The notes: generated by a model not told the origin, from the letters alone. Shown: positions 24,862 through 41,247, counted from the first letter of the stretch. The stretch is DNA of 64,000 nucleotides from Amoebidium appalachense (GCA_963693365.1 CAVNZM010000007.1:1163979-1227978); one strand, 5' to 3'. Numbers and translations are program-made.

Positions 24862-24934
<73 letters not shown>

Positions 24935-24970
24935 AGATAGAGAGAGAGAGAGAGATAGAGAGAGGGAGAC

Positions 24971-25014
<44 letters not shown>

Positions 25015-25478
25015 CAGATATTGAGAGAGAGAGAGAGAGAGAGAGAGAGCCTTGGAGAGAAAGAGAGAGAAAGAAAGAGAGAGAAAGAGAGAGGGGAGTG
25101 GGCACGGTTTAGAGCCTCATGTGTGTGTGTGTGAGAGAGAATTTCCACAATGTACATGTTCTGTATGTGTGAATCTCGGACTGTTTGTGTCCGTAAATCA
25201 GCTAGACGTTTTATCAAGTGATGTATCATGTTTTTTGTGTCATGTTTTGTGTCATGCCATGTTCATGTCATATAATCAGTTGTACGGATTCTAGCACCTG
25301 TTACATGTACTTGTGAGTAGAAGTTTCTGTAGAGTATGGGGGCGCCATTAATGGTATGTGTATATACATGTACTGTAGACCATCTGTATACGCGTACGTG
25401 CAGCAGTGCCACGTCTAATTAATAAATATTAGCATGTATCACCCCCCCCCCCCCCCCCCCCCCCCCCCTCCCCCCCCC

Positions 25479-25538
<60 letters not shown>

Positions 25539-25877
25539 ACACCGTATCACTGAGGTACACTCACTTGGGATTATTTTGAAAAAAGCTCAGGAACGACAAC
25601 TCACTTACTAAGGCTACAGTATTTGTAGAGAAGCCTATGTAAACCCATCGTAGCACCTGGTGTTAAAAAAAAAGTTTCCCCTTTTCACACAACCAAAATA
25701 TATTGACGGTAGCGACAGCGCTACATGCATATGCGTAGTGTGGTGGCCCAGTGAGAGGCCAGCGATCAGTGATCATTAGGGCCTGTTTGGCAACGCGCAG
25801 CCATGGCAGCACCTCAGTGATACGGTGTTCCCGCATTCCAGCTGCTGGAGGGAACAAACACGGGTCGAATCCAGGGG

Positions 25878-26012
25878 CTAGTTCCCGGGCCAGAACCGTG
25901 GTTCCCGGCTCGAAACCTCAGTTCCCGAGTTTGAAACAGTGGTTCCCGGCTCGAACCACTGGTTCCCGACGGTTTGAAACAGTGGTTCCCGGCTCGAAAC
26001 ACTGGTTCCCGG
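25878..26012 (+). repeat. Subterminal tandem motif (G)GTTCCCGGCTCGAAAC, ~7 imperfect ~20-bp units
   Basis: Directly visible just inside the left TIR of element X copy 2. Confidence 0.8.
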
Positions 26013-28403
26013 GCCGACCCGCAACTGACGTCATACAGATGACGTCACACAACCTGCCAGGCTGCCACGCTGGCGCAGGGCTGGAAATTGTAGGCCGTAC
26101 GCTGCCGCGTCACATGCGACTCAGCATGCGACCCCCGTAATCTGTACGTATAATGGTGCATATGGACTAAATACTAGTGAGGCTTTATATCAGGCTTTAT
26201 TATAAGAAAATATGTTAGTATTTGTTTTATTCAAAATGTAGTTAGAAATAATGTATTCCGCGAGCACCTATAGCTACTTTTGCCTGCAGGCAGTGCGTAA
26301 ATATATCCGGCACCGCCCCAAATGTGCATTACAGTACACGGTGCTCATACTTACGATGGGAAATTCACTCCTTTCCCCCTCTCAAGCCCCCCCCGCCCCC
26401 CCCCTCCCCCTCCCCCCCCTCCCCCCCTCCCCGCCCCCCCTCCCCCCCCCCCTCGCCGACCTCCCCCCCCCCCCTTACCTAGTGCAAATATATCCTGAAT
26501 TGACCATAACGCATTACTACGCGTACGTTCACTTTTTTAATTTTTCTCTTTTTATATAGCCATCTGTCTGTATTCTATGTACAGAAGAAAGATTGAAAGC
26601 ACGTATTTAGCAGGCTCATAGTAGGTATGTGGTCCATATCGCTTGGCAATAATGAGGTGATTGCGGTGGTGTGGTATATTATACCGGATATCTAGTATGG
26701 ATGTACACAGGTTGAGATATACGCGCGTGTGTACATGTATATATATCACTGTGTTTGATCTTAGGTAGGCCAGTATGCATGTCCCCCCCAGTCTTGTGCA
26801 CATGAGCATGGAAATAGACATATGTGCACGTGCAGCTTGCATGATTATTCATGGGAAAACAGATATGATAGTAGCATGGGACCGACACGATCATATTATA
26901 CAACAGGTGGGGCCTGACATAAGTGTGGCTAAGTGTGCCGTGTGAAATGTGCAAAGTTTTCCGAAAATATCCACCGTATATCTACATCGATTTGCATTTG
27001 ATTGATGAAGAGTCATCCAGGGCTCTACACCTCTCAGGTGGCTATTGCTCAGACGGCAGCTTTTTTTTGGAAAAAAAAGGGGGGGGCCATTTGAAAAGAA
27101 ATTTTGGCGACATTATCTGCATTGTAAAAGGGCAGTGGGATACCGTTACACCATGGCCATTCACTAAGCTATCTCAGGCGGATATCTACTGAGGAAAGGT
27201 GTGTGCCTCCCTGTTCATTCGCGGTCCCAAAACCCTAAACGATTGGCCAAAAGCGCACCAGCTGAAATACGGAATTGGAGACCCCGACACAGTGCACCGC
27301 TAAACACTCGGCCCGCGTTTCACACCTTTTCGTGGCTTCAAAAGGCTATGCAACCTGAGAACACACAGTTCAGTTCGCTTCCACTTTTCAAATTTGGGCC
27401 TTGAGGTAGCCTTTGGTGGGCTTGCTTTGTGAAGATGGGGCGCCCTGGTAGAATGTGGGGCTCCACATCTGCGTGCACACATCACAAAACATCCTGGCTT
27501 CTCATCCTTGTGATTCTGTTGCTGACCGCCCACATCATTTCTGCTGTGAAAAATGGGGCACAGAACAGGTCTTCCTCGCCCATACTATATGCGGAATGTG
27601 ACGACAGTGGTGACGAGGTGGGTGGCTGTTAGTGGCTGTGTCAGTGAATTATGTTTGTGTTTCGCACTTGTACATCTTGCATAGCCCAATGCATTGTGAC
27701 CTGTTTGATTAGCTATTCGCAATGACATCGTGACCATCGATTAGCGAATACGTTTTACACAACTCTTGTTCATTGGGTCTCCAAATCTATAACCCATCCC
27801 CCCCCCCCCCCCCCCCCCGCAGGGTGGGTTGCCATGTGTATAAGTATACATAATATACGGATCATGGTGCTTGTTAGAGCACTGCTCTAACAGAGTTTGT
27901 TGAAGTCCCTGCTCCACAACCGGCCCCGGTGCCAGATGTGCTCCGTGAGGATGTGCCTGCAGATGCACAGCCCCAAGGTCAGCCGCAGACGGGACGCGGG
28001 AGGGTGTTGGAGTGCAGACTTACGCTCACTCCACAATATGTGTATGTTAGCTTTACAATTGGTTCCGTGTACACAGACACACGCTGACACTCGATCACCA
28101 CATGCACATCTGCATAGTTGAGGAATGTTGCCAATTGTGTTTTGACTGCAAACGATTGGTTCACTGGTCCCAGAGATCTCTAAATGAAAGTAACCAATCC
28201 GATTAGCGCCTGGCATCCGGATTACATTCCAGACTGCTGCCCCACGGGTATATAAGCCACGTCTCTGCCAGGTGCAGATATGGAGTTCAGTCATGGAGTT
28301 CAGTCATGGAGTTAACACACTGAAAGCAGTAAAAAACGGGTCAGTGCCCAAGCGCGCCACGACGACCCTAGTCACAGCGGACTCTTAGAGTCTACTTCCA
28401 ACA

Positions 28404-28418
28404 GGGTTATGGGCCCAG
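28404..28418 (+). promoter_or_regulatory. Primer-binding site of copia type (internal/half tRNAiMet)
   Basis: GGGTTATGGGCCCAG immediately after the 5' LTR; matches the PBS motif known from Drosophila copia-like elements. Confidence 0.8.
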
Positions 28419-29115
28419 ACACGACACCGCGGCCTCTAACTTCACGTCCCCTACGACGCCTTGAACGGAGGAGCCAGAAACCGACTTCTAGGCTGTACCC
28501 TACACCCGCGAGCGTATTTCCGTGAAGTAGAGACTTTCGCTTCCACAAACTCCATCCGCAGCAGCCTGCGACATCAACGTCAAGTATTCCACTTCATTGG
28601 CGGGGCACGCACCACAGTGGAATGCACACCCCGGTGTGCCCTGCAAGCAGCCACACTCACTCTCCCTTCTCTAGTGGTGTGTACATTTCTCCAATTGGGT
28701 AGGGGTGTTGGAGTGCAGACTTACGCTCACTCCACTATATGTGTATGTTAGCTTTACAATTGGTTCCGTGTACACAGACACACGCTGACACTCGATCACC
28801 ACATGCACATCTGCATAGTTGAGGAATGTTGCCAATTGTGTTTTGACTGCAAACGATTGGTTCACTGGTCCCAGAGATATCTAAATGAAAGTAACCAATC
28901 CGATTAGCGCCTGGCATCCGGATTACATTCCAGACTGCTGCCCCACGGGTATATAAGCCACGTCTCTGCCAGGTGCAGACATGGAGTTCAGTCATGGAGT
29001 TCAGTCATGGAGTTAACACACCAAGCTACAAACACATCTTCTGTGTTTAGCATCCACAGCCTTACAGCTATATATTCCTTTTTCATTCTCCCTATCTTTC
29101 CCTACGCCGGTCAGC

Positions 29116-30285
29116 ATGCCGCCGAAAAAGCGCCAGGCCTCAGCCGCCGCCCCTGCCGCGGCACCTAAGCGCCTGACCCGCAGCGACCTCCGCCACAGGC
29201 TGACCAACGCTCCCGCGGACACTGACGCGCCTCCAGCGGCCCATACCACCACGGACCCGGACCCGCCGGCTACTCTCCCCTCCACTCCTGAAGTCCCCCC
29301 TCAGGCCCCGCCGTCCCCGCAGATGACTTCTCAAGACGCCGTCCTGGCCGCCCTCACCGCCATCAGCACCCAGATGGCTGGCGTCCTGGCTGCTCTCACC
29401 AACCGCGACCCTCCTGCGCCCCCCGCCGCGCCTTCCACACCCGGGGAGGTTTCCCCGGGGCTGCATCTCGGCCCTGACCTAGACCTACCTGCCCTGCCCG
29501 CGCCCCCCATCACAGGTGAGAACACTGGCGACATTCAGCCGGGCACACTCCCGCTTCCCCCCGCGGATGTGCTGGCAGATTTGCGCGCCAATCGTTTCGT
29601 CGACCTGTATAAGTTCACCCCCGCCGCCCTCCTGGCCCCATCCAAGAAAGGTCAGCATCTGCGCATGGCCGACGACGGCAGCATCGAGACTTTTCGCCAA
29701 GACAAACCCGTTCCCCTGCGTTCACTCGTCATTTGGATCCAAGCTTGGACCCATTACATGGCCGCCAAGCACCACCTCGGCCTCCCCACGGACAAAGACG
29801 TACTTTGGACTCAGCACATCACTCGCCTCAGCACCCGATACCCGTGGGCCCAGATCCACAACTATGACGTATACGCCCGCACCGTTGCCCACCAGCAGGG
29901 TCGGGCTCCGATCGAGTGTCCCAACCTGCTCGCCCAACTCCACCAGGATCTCCTCCTGCCACCCACTCTGCTCATCCCGGACGCATGTCAGCGCTGTGGC
30001 TTCCCCGACCACCCCAGCGCAGCCTGCCCCATGTACCCCAAGCCCGGCTGTGGTCTTGACGGCTTTAAGCCGCCCCACAAGCCCGGCGGGGGTCAAACCC
30101 CTAACCGCCCTGGCCCGCAACCCGGCCCGGCAAAACCGGCCCGACCCGTGGATCTACCCGCGACGCACTGCAGGAATTTCCACATTAACGGTCGGTCCTG
30201 CGCTAAGCAGCCCTGCCCCTTCTCCCACGTGTGCCCGCTCTGCTCTGGCACACACCCCCGCAAAGACTGCAAGCACAATGCCTAG
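29116..30285 (+). CDS. Gag-like ORF1 with zinc fingers
   Basis: 389 aa. WIQAW..Y..YDVYAR core; CQRCGFPDHPSAAC knuckle; CRNFH..C..CPFSHVCPLCSGTH. Confidence 0.85.
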   Translation: MPPKKRQASAAAPAAAPKRLTRSDLRHRLTNAPADTDAPPAAHTTTDPDPPATLPSTPEVPPQAPPSPQMTSQDAVLAALTAISTQMAGVLAALTNRDPPAPPAAPSTPGEVSPGLHLGPDLDLPALPAPPITGENTGDIQPGTLPLPPADVLADLRANRFVDLYKFTPAALLAPSKKGQHLRMADDGSIETFRQDKPVPLRSLVIWIQAWTHYMAAKHHLGLPTDKDVLWTQHITRLSTRYPWAQIHNYDVYARTVAHQQGRAPIECPNLLAQLHQDLLLPPTLLIPDACQRCGFPDHPSAACPMYPKPGCGLDGFKPPHKPGGGQTPNRPGPQPGPAKPARPVDLPATHCRNFHINGRSCAKQPCPFSHVCPLCSGTHPRKDCKHNA

Positions 30286-30581
30286 TCATCGCGCACACCC
30301 ACACACACCGCTAGAACATAGGGGTTAGGAGCTAGGACACACGAGTACAGGGAAACGGAGCTCGGGAGAACGGGCCAATAGGGCTGAGTACAAAATTTCG
30401 CAGGCCAACTACGGCGCCCGCGCGCGTCAAGAATAAATGTCCCTACACAAAGACGTTTATTCTGGCCACTGCACATAATTTTACTCCCCCCCCCATCCCA
30501 CGAGCCTCCCCCCCCCCCCCTTACACTCACCTAGCACTCCCTCCCCCCCTTCTTCTACCTCTGTGTCCGCCCACACCCCGT

Positions 30582-32387
30582 GTGCTCGGGCACATTCCCC
30601 TGCACAGGGCCCCGCTGCCCTCCCTGCCCACCCTCACTTGGGCCCAGCTGCCCTACTCTAACCCCCCGGGGCCCTGCTGCCCCCCCCCCCCCCCCCCCCC
30701 CCCGCTGCGGGGATCTCCCCAAGGGTACACCACCCTTGCTAACCACCCCTTCCCCCGAGGCTCAGACCCGGAGGCCCGCCCGCTGCCCCAGCACCACATT
30801 GACACCTCCCGCCTCCGGGAACTGCTGGCCTCCTACCCGGACCAACCATTCGCCACACAACTCCTCCACGATGTCGAATTCGGCGTCGACATCGGCTATC
30901 GCGGCCCCTCCACCTCTCGGGTGGGCCCCAACCTACCCACCACCCCGGAGGCAGCTGCCGCTATCACGGTGGATATTGCCAAAGAAGTCGCCCTCGGCCA
31001 CCTGCGCGGCCCCCTCTCCCCGGCCCAATTCTTTGACGAATTTCCGGTCCACCGCTCCTCCCCCATTGGCGCCGTTACCAAGAAAGGGAACCCCCCCAAG
31101 TACCGTCGAATCCACCACCTCTCCTGGCCCCGGGGTAGCAGTGTCAATGACAGCATCACCTACCCCGACGAACTTCAGTACATTCGCGCCCGGGATGTCA
31201 CCCAACTCATTCTCGACGCAGGCCCCGGCTGCTACATGGCCGTGGCAGATGTGCAGGCTGCCTTCCGGCACATGCCCATCCGACCGGAAGACCACCACTT
31301 AATGGCATTCAAATGGCAAGGGCATTTTTACGTTGAAACCAGACTGCCCTTCGGCCTGAAATCTAGCCCAGCCATCTGGGAACGGATCGCGGCCACCCTA
31401 CAGTGGCTGGCACACCAGCACGGTATTACCCTCATCCGCCACTACGTAGACGACTGGATTATAGTCGCCCCCACACAAGAGCAGTGCCAACGTCACCTAT
31501 CCACCTTCCTGCAACTCTGCCGAGAGCTGCACATTGCCATCTCCGGGGACAAGATGCAGGGCCCGGCTACCCGTGTCGTCTTCATCGGTATCGAATTCGA
31601 CTCCATCGCCATGGAGGCACGAATCCCGGCTTCCAAGCTCTCGGACCTACTCGACCTCACTTCCCACCCAAAGCCCACCATCACCATTCGGGACCTCCAG
31701 TCCCTCCTCGGCAAACTCACCTGGTGTGCCCAGCTGGTTCCCCCCGGGAGGGCCTTCTCCCAGCGCCTATGGGCCCTTCTCCGGACCCACCCACACCTTG
31801 CCGGCCACCACCACATACGACTGACTGCTGCCGCCCGGGCCGACATAGCCGAATGGCACCAGTTCCTCACATCATGGAATGGGGTGCACCTCATCACACC
31901 CCCCACATACACCACCCTGGCCACTGATGCTGCCGGATCGGTGGGTCTAGGAGGCCACTGGCTCGACCAATGGTTCTTCATGCCCTGGTCCCCCTCCACC
32001 CAAGCCCTCTATGCTCATGAGGGTAAACTCGGTTCTTCCGTCATCGAACTCCTGGCCATCGCAGCCGCCGTGGCCCTCTGGGCCCCCTCCTGGTCCACCC
32101 ACCATGTCCGTATTTTATGCGACAACACGGGTGCTGTGTCTGACCTGCACTCCCGGTCTTCCCCCCACCCCGTGATGGCCAAACTTATTCGGTTCATCAC
32201 CCGCATGGAAATGCAATACCAATTTACGTTACAGGCATCCTACCTACCAGGACCCCTCAACCATCTGGCCGATGCCATTTCTCGTAACCACCTTCCCCGG
32301 GCCCGACGACTCCGACCTTCCCTGCAACCGGAGCCCTGCCCCTTCCCCTCCTGGGTCCACGAGTTCCTATCCCTTCCCTTGGGCTAA
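30582..32387 (+). CDS. Reverse transcriptase-RNase H (DIRS/Ngaro type); start codon uncertain
   Basis: KYRRIHHLS, ADVQAAFR, RLPFGLKSSP, HYVDD; RNase H TDAA, IELLAI, CDN, NHLADAISR. Confidence 0.93.
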   Translation: MLGHIPLHRAPLPSLPTLTWAQLPYSNPPGPCCPPPPPPPPLRGSPQGYTTLANHPFPRGSDPEARPLPQHHIDTSRLRELLASYPDQPFATQLLHDVEFGVDIGYRGPSTSRVGPNLPTTPEAAAAITVDIAKEVALGHLRGPLSPAQFFDEFPVHRSSPIGAVTKKGNPPKYRRIHHLSWPRGSSVNDSITYPDELQYIRARDVTQLILDAGPGCYMAVADVQAAFRHMPIRPEDHHLMAFKWQGHFYVETRLPFGLKSSPAIWERIAATLQWLAHQHGITLIRHYVDDWIIVAPTQEQCQRHLSTFLQLCRELHIAISGDKMQGPATRVVFIGIEFDSIAMEARIPASKLSDLLDLTSHPKPTITIRDLQSLLGKLTWCAQLVPPGRAFSQRLWALLRTHPHLAGHHHIRLTAAARADIAEWHQFLTSWNGVHLITPPTYTTLATDAAGSVGLGGHWLDQWFFMPWSPSTQALYAHEGKLGSSVIELLAIAAAVALWAPSWSTHHVRILCDNTGAVSDLHSRSSPHPVMAKLIRFITRMEMQYQFTLQASYLPGPLNHLADAISRNHLPRARRLRPSLQPEPCPFPSWVHEFLSLPLG

Positions 32388-32437
32388 CCCCCCCCCCCCC
32401 CCCCCCAGATCTCCCGTTCCGGAGCAACACTGGCAGA

Positions 32438-33469
32438 TTGGCCCCCCACTTTGCTCCGGCCGAGCTGCTTCGAGCCACCACTACCCTGCAGGAATGCCAG
32501 GCCCTGAGTCTCAACCTCGACTCTCGGGCCTTTTACTCCCGGGTGCAAAAAGTGTTCATCGATTTCTGTGTGGCATCTCGGCTGCAATCCTCCTCCGGGT
32601 CCTCCCTCCCGGCCTCCCCACACACCGTGCAACTTTTTCTCGCCTGGTGTGCCCAACGAGGGGTACAGGCCTCTTCCTTAACCGGCTACAATTCGGCCAT
32701 CACTAGGCTCCACCTCGACATGGGCCTCCCTGCTCCCTACCCCCACGACAAGTCTCTGGCCTGGTTCCTACGGGGGGTGGGCCGATGGCAGCTTTCTCAC
32801 AACATCCGACCCCGCTCATCCACCAGGGAACCCCTCCTCCCCTCCCACCTCCGCCTACTCCATGGCCAGTGCCCCACCAAGGCCTCCTCGGCCAATCTCC
32901 GGCTATGGACGGCCCTCATCGTCGGTTTCTGTGGTCTCCTCCGTTCAGGGGAATTTACCTCCAAGACCCTGACTTCTTTCGACCCATCCCGTCACGTTAA
33001 ACGGAAGGACGTGACCTTCAGCTACACCCCCACCGGTACTTTGTCCCATGCCACCCTCCACCTGCCAACCTCTAAGACGGATGTACAGGCCCGAGGTGTC
33101 AACGTCACCCTAGCTGCCCTGCCCCTCACCCACTTCTCCCCAGCCCATCTCCTCCGGCAGTTCCTGGATACAACGTCCGGTCAACCCGACGACCCCCTCT
33201 TCAGTCTCGGTGGCATCCCCTACACCAAGAGTGCTTTCTCTGCCGATTTCCGTGCCCTCCTCTCCCGGGCAGGCCTCTCACCCTCCCGGTTTGCCGGACA
33301 CAGCCTCCGCATCGGGGGGGCCACAGCACTGGCTGAGGCCGGGGTCGACGACTCCCGGATCAAACAACTCGGCAGGTGGTCCTCCGACTGCTTCCTGATC
33401 TATACCCGACTTCGTCCGGCCTCCATTGCTGCCACCACCACACGTGTATTCGCCTCTATTCTTAAGTGA
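32438..33469 (+). CDS. Tyrosine recombinase (phage-integrase family); start uncertain
   Basis: LLRSGEF, SKTD, HSLRIGGAT, GRWSSDCFLIY give the R-K-H-R-W-Y catalytic set. Confidence 0.93.
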   Translation: MAPHFAPAELLRATTTLQECQALSLNLDSRAFYSRVQKVFIDFCVASRLQSSSGSSLPASPHTVQLFLAWCAQRGVQASSLTGYNSAITRLHLDMGLPAPYPHDKSLAWFLRGVGRWQLSHNIRPRSSTREPLLPSHLRLLHGQCPTKASSANLRLWTALIVGFCGLLRSGEFTSKTLTSFDPSRHVKRKDVTFSYTPTGTLSHATLHLPTSKTDVQARGVNVTLAALPLTHFSPAHLLRQFLDTTSGQPDDPLFSLGGIPYTKSAFSADFRALLSRAGLSPSRFAGHSLRIGGATALAEAGVDDSRIKQLGRWSSDCFLIYTRLRPASIAATTTRVFASILK

Positions 33470-33769
33470 AACCTTTGGAGCAAGCATACTGCTCTCGTGC
33501 CGTGGTTTACAACCATTGCAGGTTCACTTTCGTCCAAGGGGATGTCCCCCTAGAGGCAACACACGTCCCGGAGTAGTTTTCATAGAGGTTTTATTTGTGG
33601 AAATTATTGACATAAATATTTTTCTGGGTAAACACGTAGGATGGGTGTTCGGTACCAACATAACCATGTAGGCTTCATTTCGTGTTTTAGCAGTTAGCGG
33701 TTGGCTGCCCGCACACGGGCACCTATTAGCCAGTCAAAACATCAGATACCACAGATCACTAGACCGAGT

Positions 33770-33872
33770 TATGATTGGCTCGGATCAGATTTCACATATC
33801 ACTAGATCGATTTTTGATTGGCTCAGATCGGTAGGCTTAGGTATATAAGCACGACAGTTTTTAGCAGATCAG
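33770..33872 (+). promoter_or_regulatory. Putative Pol II promoter inside the Ngaro 3' region
   Basis: Two GATTGGCTC (reverse CCAAT) motifs and TATATAAG at 33842, ~30 bp before repeat A2. Confidence 0.5.
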
Positions 33873-34240
33873 CAAGCTACAAACACATCTTCTGTGTTTA
33901 GCATCCACAGCCTTACAGCTATATATTCCTTTTTCACCCACCCACCTACACCCACACACAACCCCCATTGATCCACACATACGTGCTGTTTTTTCACGGG
34001 GCGAAGACTTCCCCCGTTTTTTGGGCACATGGACCTCACGGATCAATAAATTGATGACTGGGGGCTTGCCGTGGTTTACAACCATTGCAGGTTCACTTTC
34101 GTCCAAGGGGATGTCCCCCTAGAGGCAACACACGTCCCGGAGTAGTTTTCATAGACACACTGAAAGCAGTAAAAAACGGGTCAGTGCCCAAGCGCGCCAC
34201 GACGACCCTAGTCACAGCGGACTCTACTTCCAACAGAGGG

Positions 34241-38054
<3,814 letters not shown>

Positions 38055-38113
38055 TTCGTGGGGGAAAGGGCGGAGGGTACGTGCCAGGGGTGAGGTTGGG
38101 GGGGTTTTTTTTT

Positions 38114-38144
<31 letters not shown>

Positions 38145-38233
38145 GGCTAAGGGGGAGGGAAGGGAAGGGGGAAATTCTTGGGGCAGGGGCGGGGGGGAGG
38201 GGGGGGGGAGGGACATCTAGAAGGAGCAGCTGG

Positions 38234-38283
<50 letters not shown>

Positions 38284-38656
38284 GGGAGTACATGCAGGTA
38301 GCTAGACGTTTTATCAAGTGATGTATCATGTTTTTTGTGTCATGTTTTGTGTCATGTCATGTTCATGTCATATAATCAGTTGTACGGATTCTAGCACCTG
38401 TTACATGTACTTGTGTCATGTCATGTTCATGTCATATAATCAGTTGTACGGATTCTAGCACCTGTTACATGTACTTGTGAGTAGAAGTTTCTGTAGAGTA
38501 TGGGGGCGCCATTTATGGTATGTGTATATACATGTACTGTAGACCATCTGTATACGCGTACGTGCAGCAGTGCCACGTCTGCATTTAATTAATAAATGCT
38601 AGCATGTATCATACATGTACAGTCGATAAATTGGCCTCTAGATCTATACCAGGCGG

Positions 38657-38702
<46 letters not shown>

Positions 38703-38708
38703 CCCCCG

Positions 38709-38761
<53 letters not shown>

Positions 38762-38940
38762 GAACACCGTATCACTGAGGTACTGCCGGAGTTAGCGGCC
38801 ATACTCCGGAGTAAGATCGATTTTGGAGTTAGGGCTAAAGCGGAATTTCTGAAATCCGCGGATGCCAAACAGACGGCCCAATCTGGCCTGTGTACGCCTG
38901 GTTTCAAACCCCTTGGACATCGCTTGTACTCCAATTTCTA

Positions 38941-40321
38941 TAATCCACCGCCGGAGGGGGAAAGGATTGTGATCACAAGGGTTTAGGGGGAGGAAGGGGG
39001 AAGGATTGTAGGTACATGGGTTTAGGGGGGGGGGGGAAGATTTTGGGGGAAAGGGAGGCCTGGGGAAAGTATGTGGGCACATGGGTTTGGGGGGAGGGAG
39101 GGGGAAGGGTTTTGGGGGAGAGGGAGGGGAAAGTATGTGGGCACATGGGTTTGGGGGGAGGGAGGGGGAAAGGATTGTGTGGGCACATGAAGTCTTGGGA
39201 AGGGCCATGTGGTAAGGGAAGCTAGAACATGCATGGCTGCTCGGAGATGCCCTCTCACACAGCACGGCACCCCAGAGATCCGGGCGCAGGTATTTACACG
39301 GGACTGCAGCCACCAGGAGATTGAGCCCGTGATCCAGCGCATCTCTGCCACCACGGCGGCGCTCAACAGCAAGGGCCCGGCCTTCTTCTACACAGATCGG
39401 TGCTGCCAAGACCGGGCGTTTGTTGAGCGCATGTTTCCAACCCTAGCCCGGCCAAAATGCCCCGTCCGTCTGAACGAGGCTGCGCTGGTAAGCGTGACGG
39501 ACGGTCTGCCTGGGCTGGAGCTGCCGGCCAATACCCTAAGCCGGTGTACACCGACTGCCAGGGGGCGGTGGTGGCCACAGCGGCCATTCGGGCCGACCTG
39601 GAGGGGCAGCAGCACCGGGTGGTGGGGCTGGACTGCGAGTGGTCTATCGGGTGGGCCAGGCGCGGTCCAAGGTTTGCACGCTGCAGATTGCCACCGCACG
39701 GGCCGTGTACATCTTCCACTTGGCACGCATGGGCCCCAACCACAGCCCGCCCGCGCGGCTGGTGGACGAGCTGATTGCGCTGCTTAGGGACCCCAGCATC
39801 ATCAAGGTGGGCAAGCAGATCGGCACGGACTCGGCCAACCTCAACAAGGACTACGGCACCCCTGTGGCCAGCTATCTGGAGCTGGGCCGGTTCTGCTACG
39901 CCCGTGCAGCTATCAGCTCTGCGGCCCGGGGCTTGGCCGACATCACTGCCCAGGTCATAGGCAAGAAGCTGCCCAAGCCGGCACTTGTTCGGTGCTCCAA
40001 CTGGCACGAGCCGCTATCAGATGTGCAGGCCACCTACGCTGCCCTTGATGCATATGCGTCCCTGCAGGTCTACTCGGCCGTGGTCGATAGGCCAAACCTG
40101 TCAGGTGTGTATCCCACCTGCTTTTTGCCCCAGTGCTTATGTGCTTATGCCAGATATAGAAAGATTGTGGGCCCCCCAGAGGAGGGAGGGGGAGGGGGAG
40201 GGGAGGGGGGGGGGGGGGGGGGGGGGTGGCTGACCACGTGGGCCAGTGTTCGAGTTGTGTTATGCTGGGTGTCGGGTGGCTATCAAAGGAGGGGGGCAGC
40301 CTGATTGGTGGTGGTGGTGGT

Positions 40322-40364
<43 letters not shown>

Positions 40365-41204
40365 CTATAGCACTGTTAACACGTGCAACTGCCACACAAG
40401 CTGGGCACTGGGAGAGGGGGGGGGGGGGGGGGGTAGGGAGAAGGGGGGGGGGGGGGGAGGGGGTTGCTAAGGAATATGCATTTTGATATTTGTGGAGCGA
40501 AGAGAAAAACGTTGGTGTTGTGGCTTTTTGGCTGAGTTTTTTGCTTCCCTCTATGACATGCAGCGCGGCTTCATGCAAAGGCACTCGGTGAAGGGGTTGA
40601 GATTGTGCCCAGGCGGGGCCCACATGCTGCAGCAGCCACCGGGGTGGTGCTGGCTGTGCAGCCGGAGCGCTGGGGGGGCATGAAGGTGGGCAAGAAGCAT
40701 GCAGTGGTGCGGGTGGATCAGGTGCTGTCGCCGGCCATGCAGGTGCCCTTTGGCCCCGACAAGGGCAAGACCCTGGGCGAGCTGGGCCCGCCGCCCTTTG
40801 AGCTGATGGTGCACCTGCAGTGGCTACGGCCCATTCAGCCCCCACCGGACCCAGGTGCCGAGGTGCCGGTGGTCCCTGACCCAGCCCCTCCCCCTGCCAG
40901 TCCTCCCCCTGCCGAGCAGCAGCAACCCCTTGCCGGCCCACAGGCACCCCCCCAGGACCCCCAGGCAGCCCCGGGGGGCCTTGAGGCAGCCCCAGGGGGA
41001 CCCGAGGCAGCTCCCAGAGAGGGCATGTTGGGCCAGGCACCGCCTGGGGAGGTGGTGTGGCAGACTGTGCTGAATGACGCCTTCCACTCCATTGCAAACA
41101 CGGCGGATGGCACATACAAGTCACACCCCCGCAGGGCTGAGTACGCACGCGCACTCAGCGAGGCAATATTTGTGTGGAATGAAGAGGATTACGGACATGT
41201 GAAG

Positions 41205-41247
<43 letters not shown>

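Larger units (their letters stand above)
29022..34155 (+). mobile_element. Ngaro-like tyrosine-recombinase retrotransposon with split direct repeats A1-ORFs-B1-A2-B2
   Basis: A1 29022-29085 = A2 33873-33936 (64 bp); B1 33498-33586 = B2 34067-34155 (89 bp); gag, RT-RNase H and YR ORFs in between. Confidence 0.93.
28005..34235 (+). mobile_element. Copia-type TRIM (non-coding miniature LTR retrotransposon) with interrupted 3' LTR
   Basis: GAGGG|TGTTGG...CCAACA|GAGGG 5-bp TSD. 5' LTR 28005-28403; 3' LTR 28706-29021 plus ~34161-34235; ~300 bp interior; purine tract GGGTAGGGG before 28706. The empty site is present at ~4416-4420. Confidence 0.92.

Noticed and set aside
28005-29021. Treating the ~315-bp direct repeat as part of the Ngaro element
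   Set aside because: TG..CA ends, PBS, purine tract and GAGGG TSD show it is a separate LTR pair; Ngaro has its own A/B repeats.
38340-38480. ~66-bp tandem duplication as a functional element
   Set aside because: Single in copy 1 (~25245-25314), so most simply a local slippage duplication.
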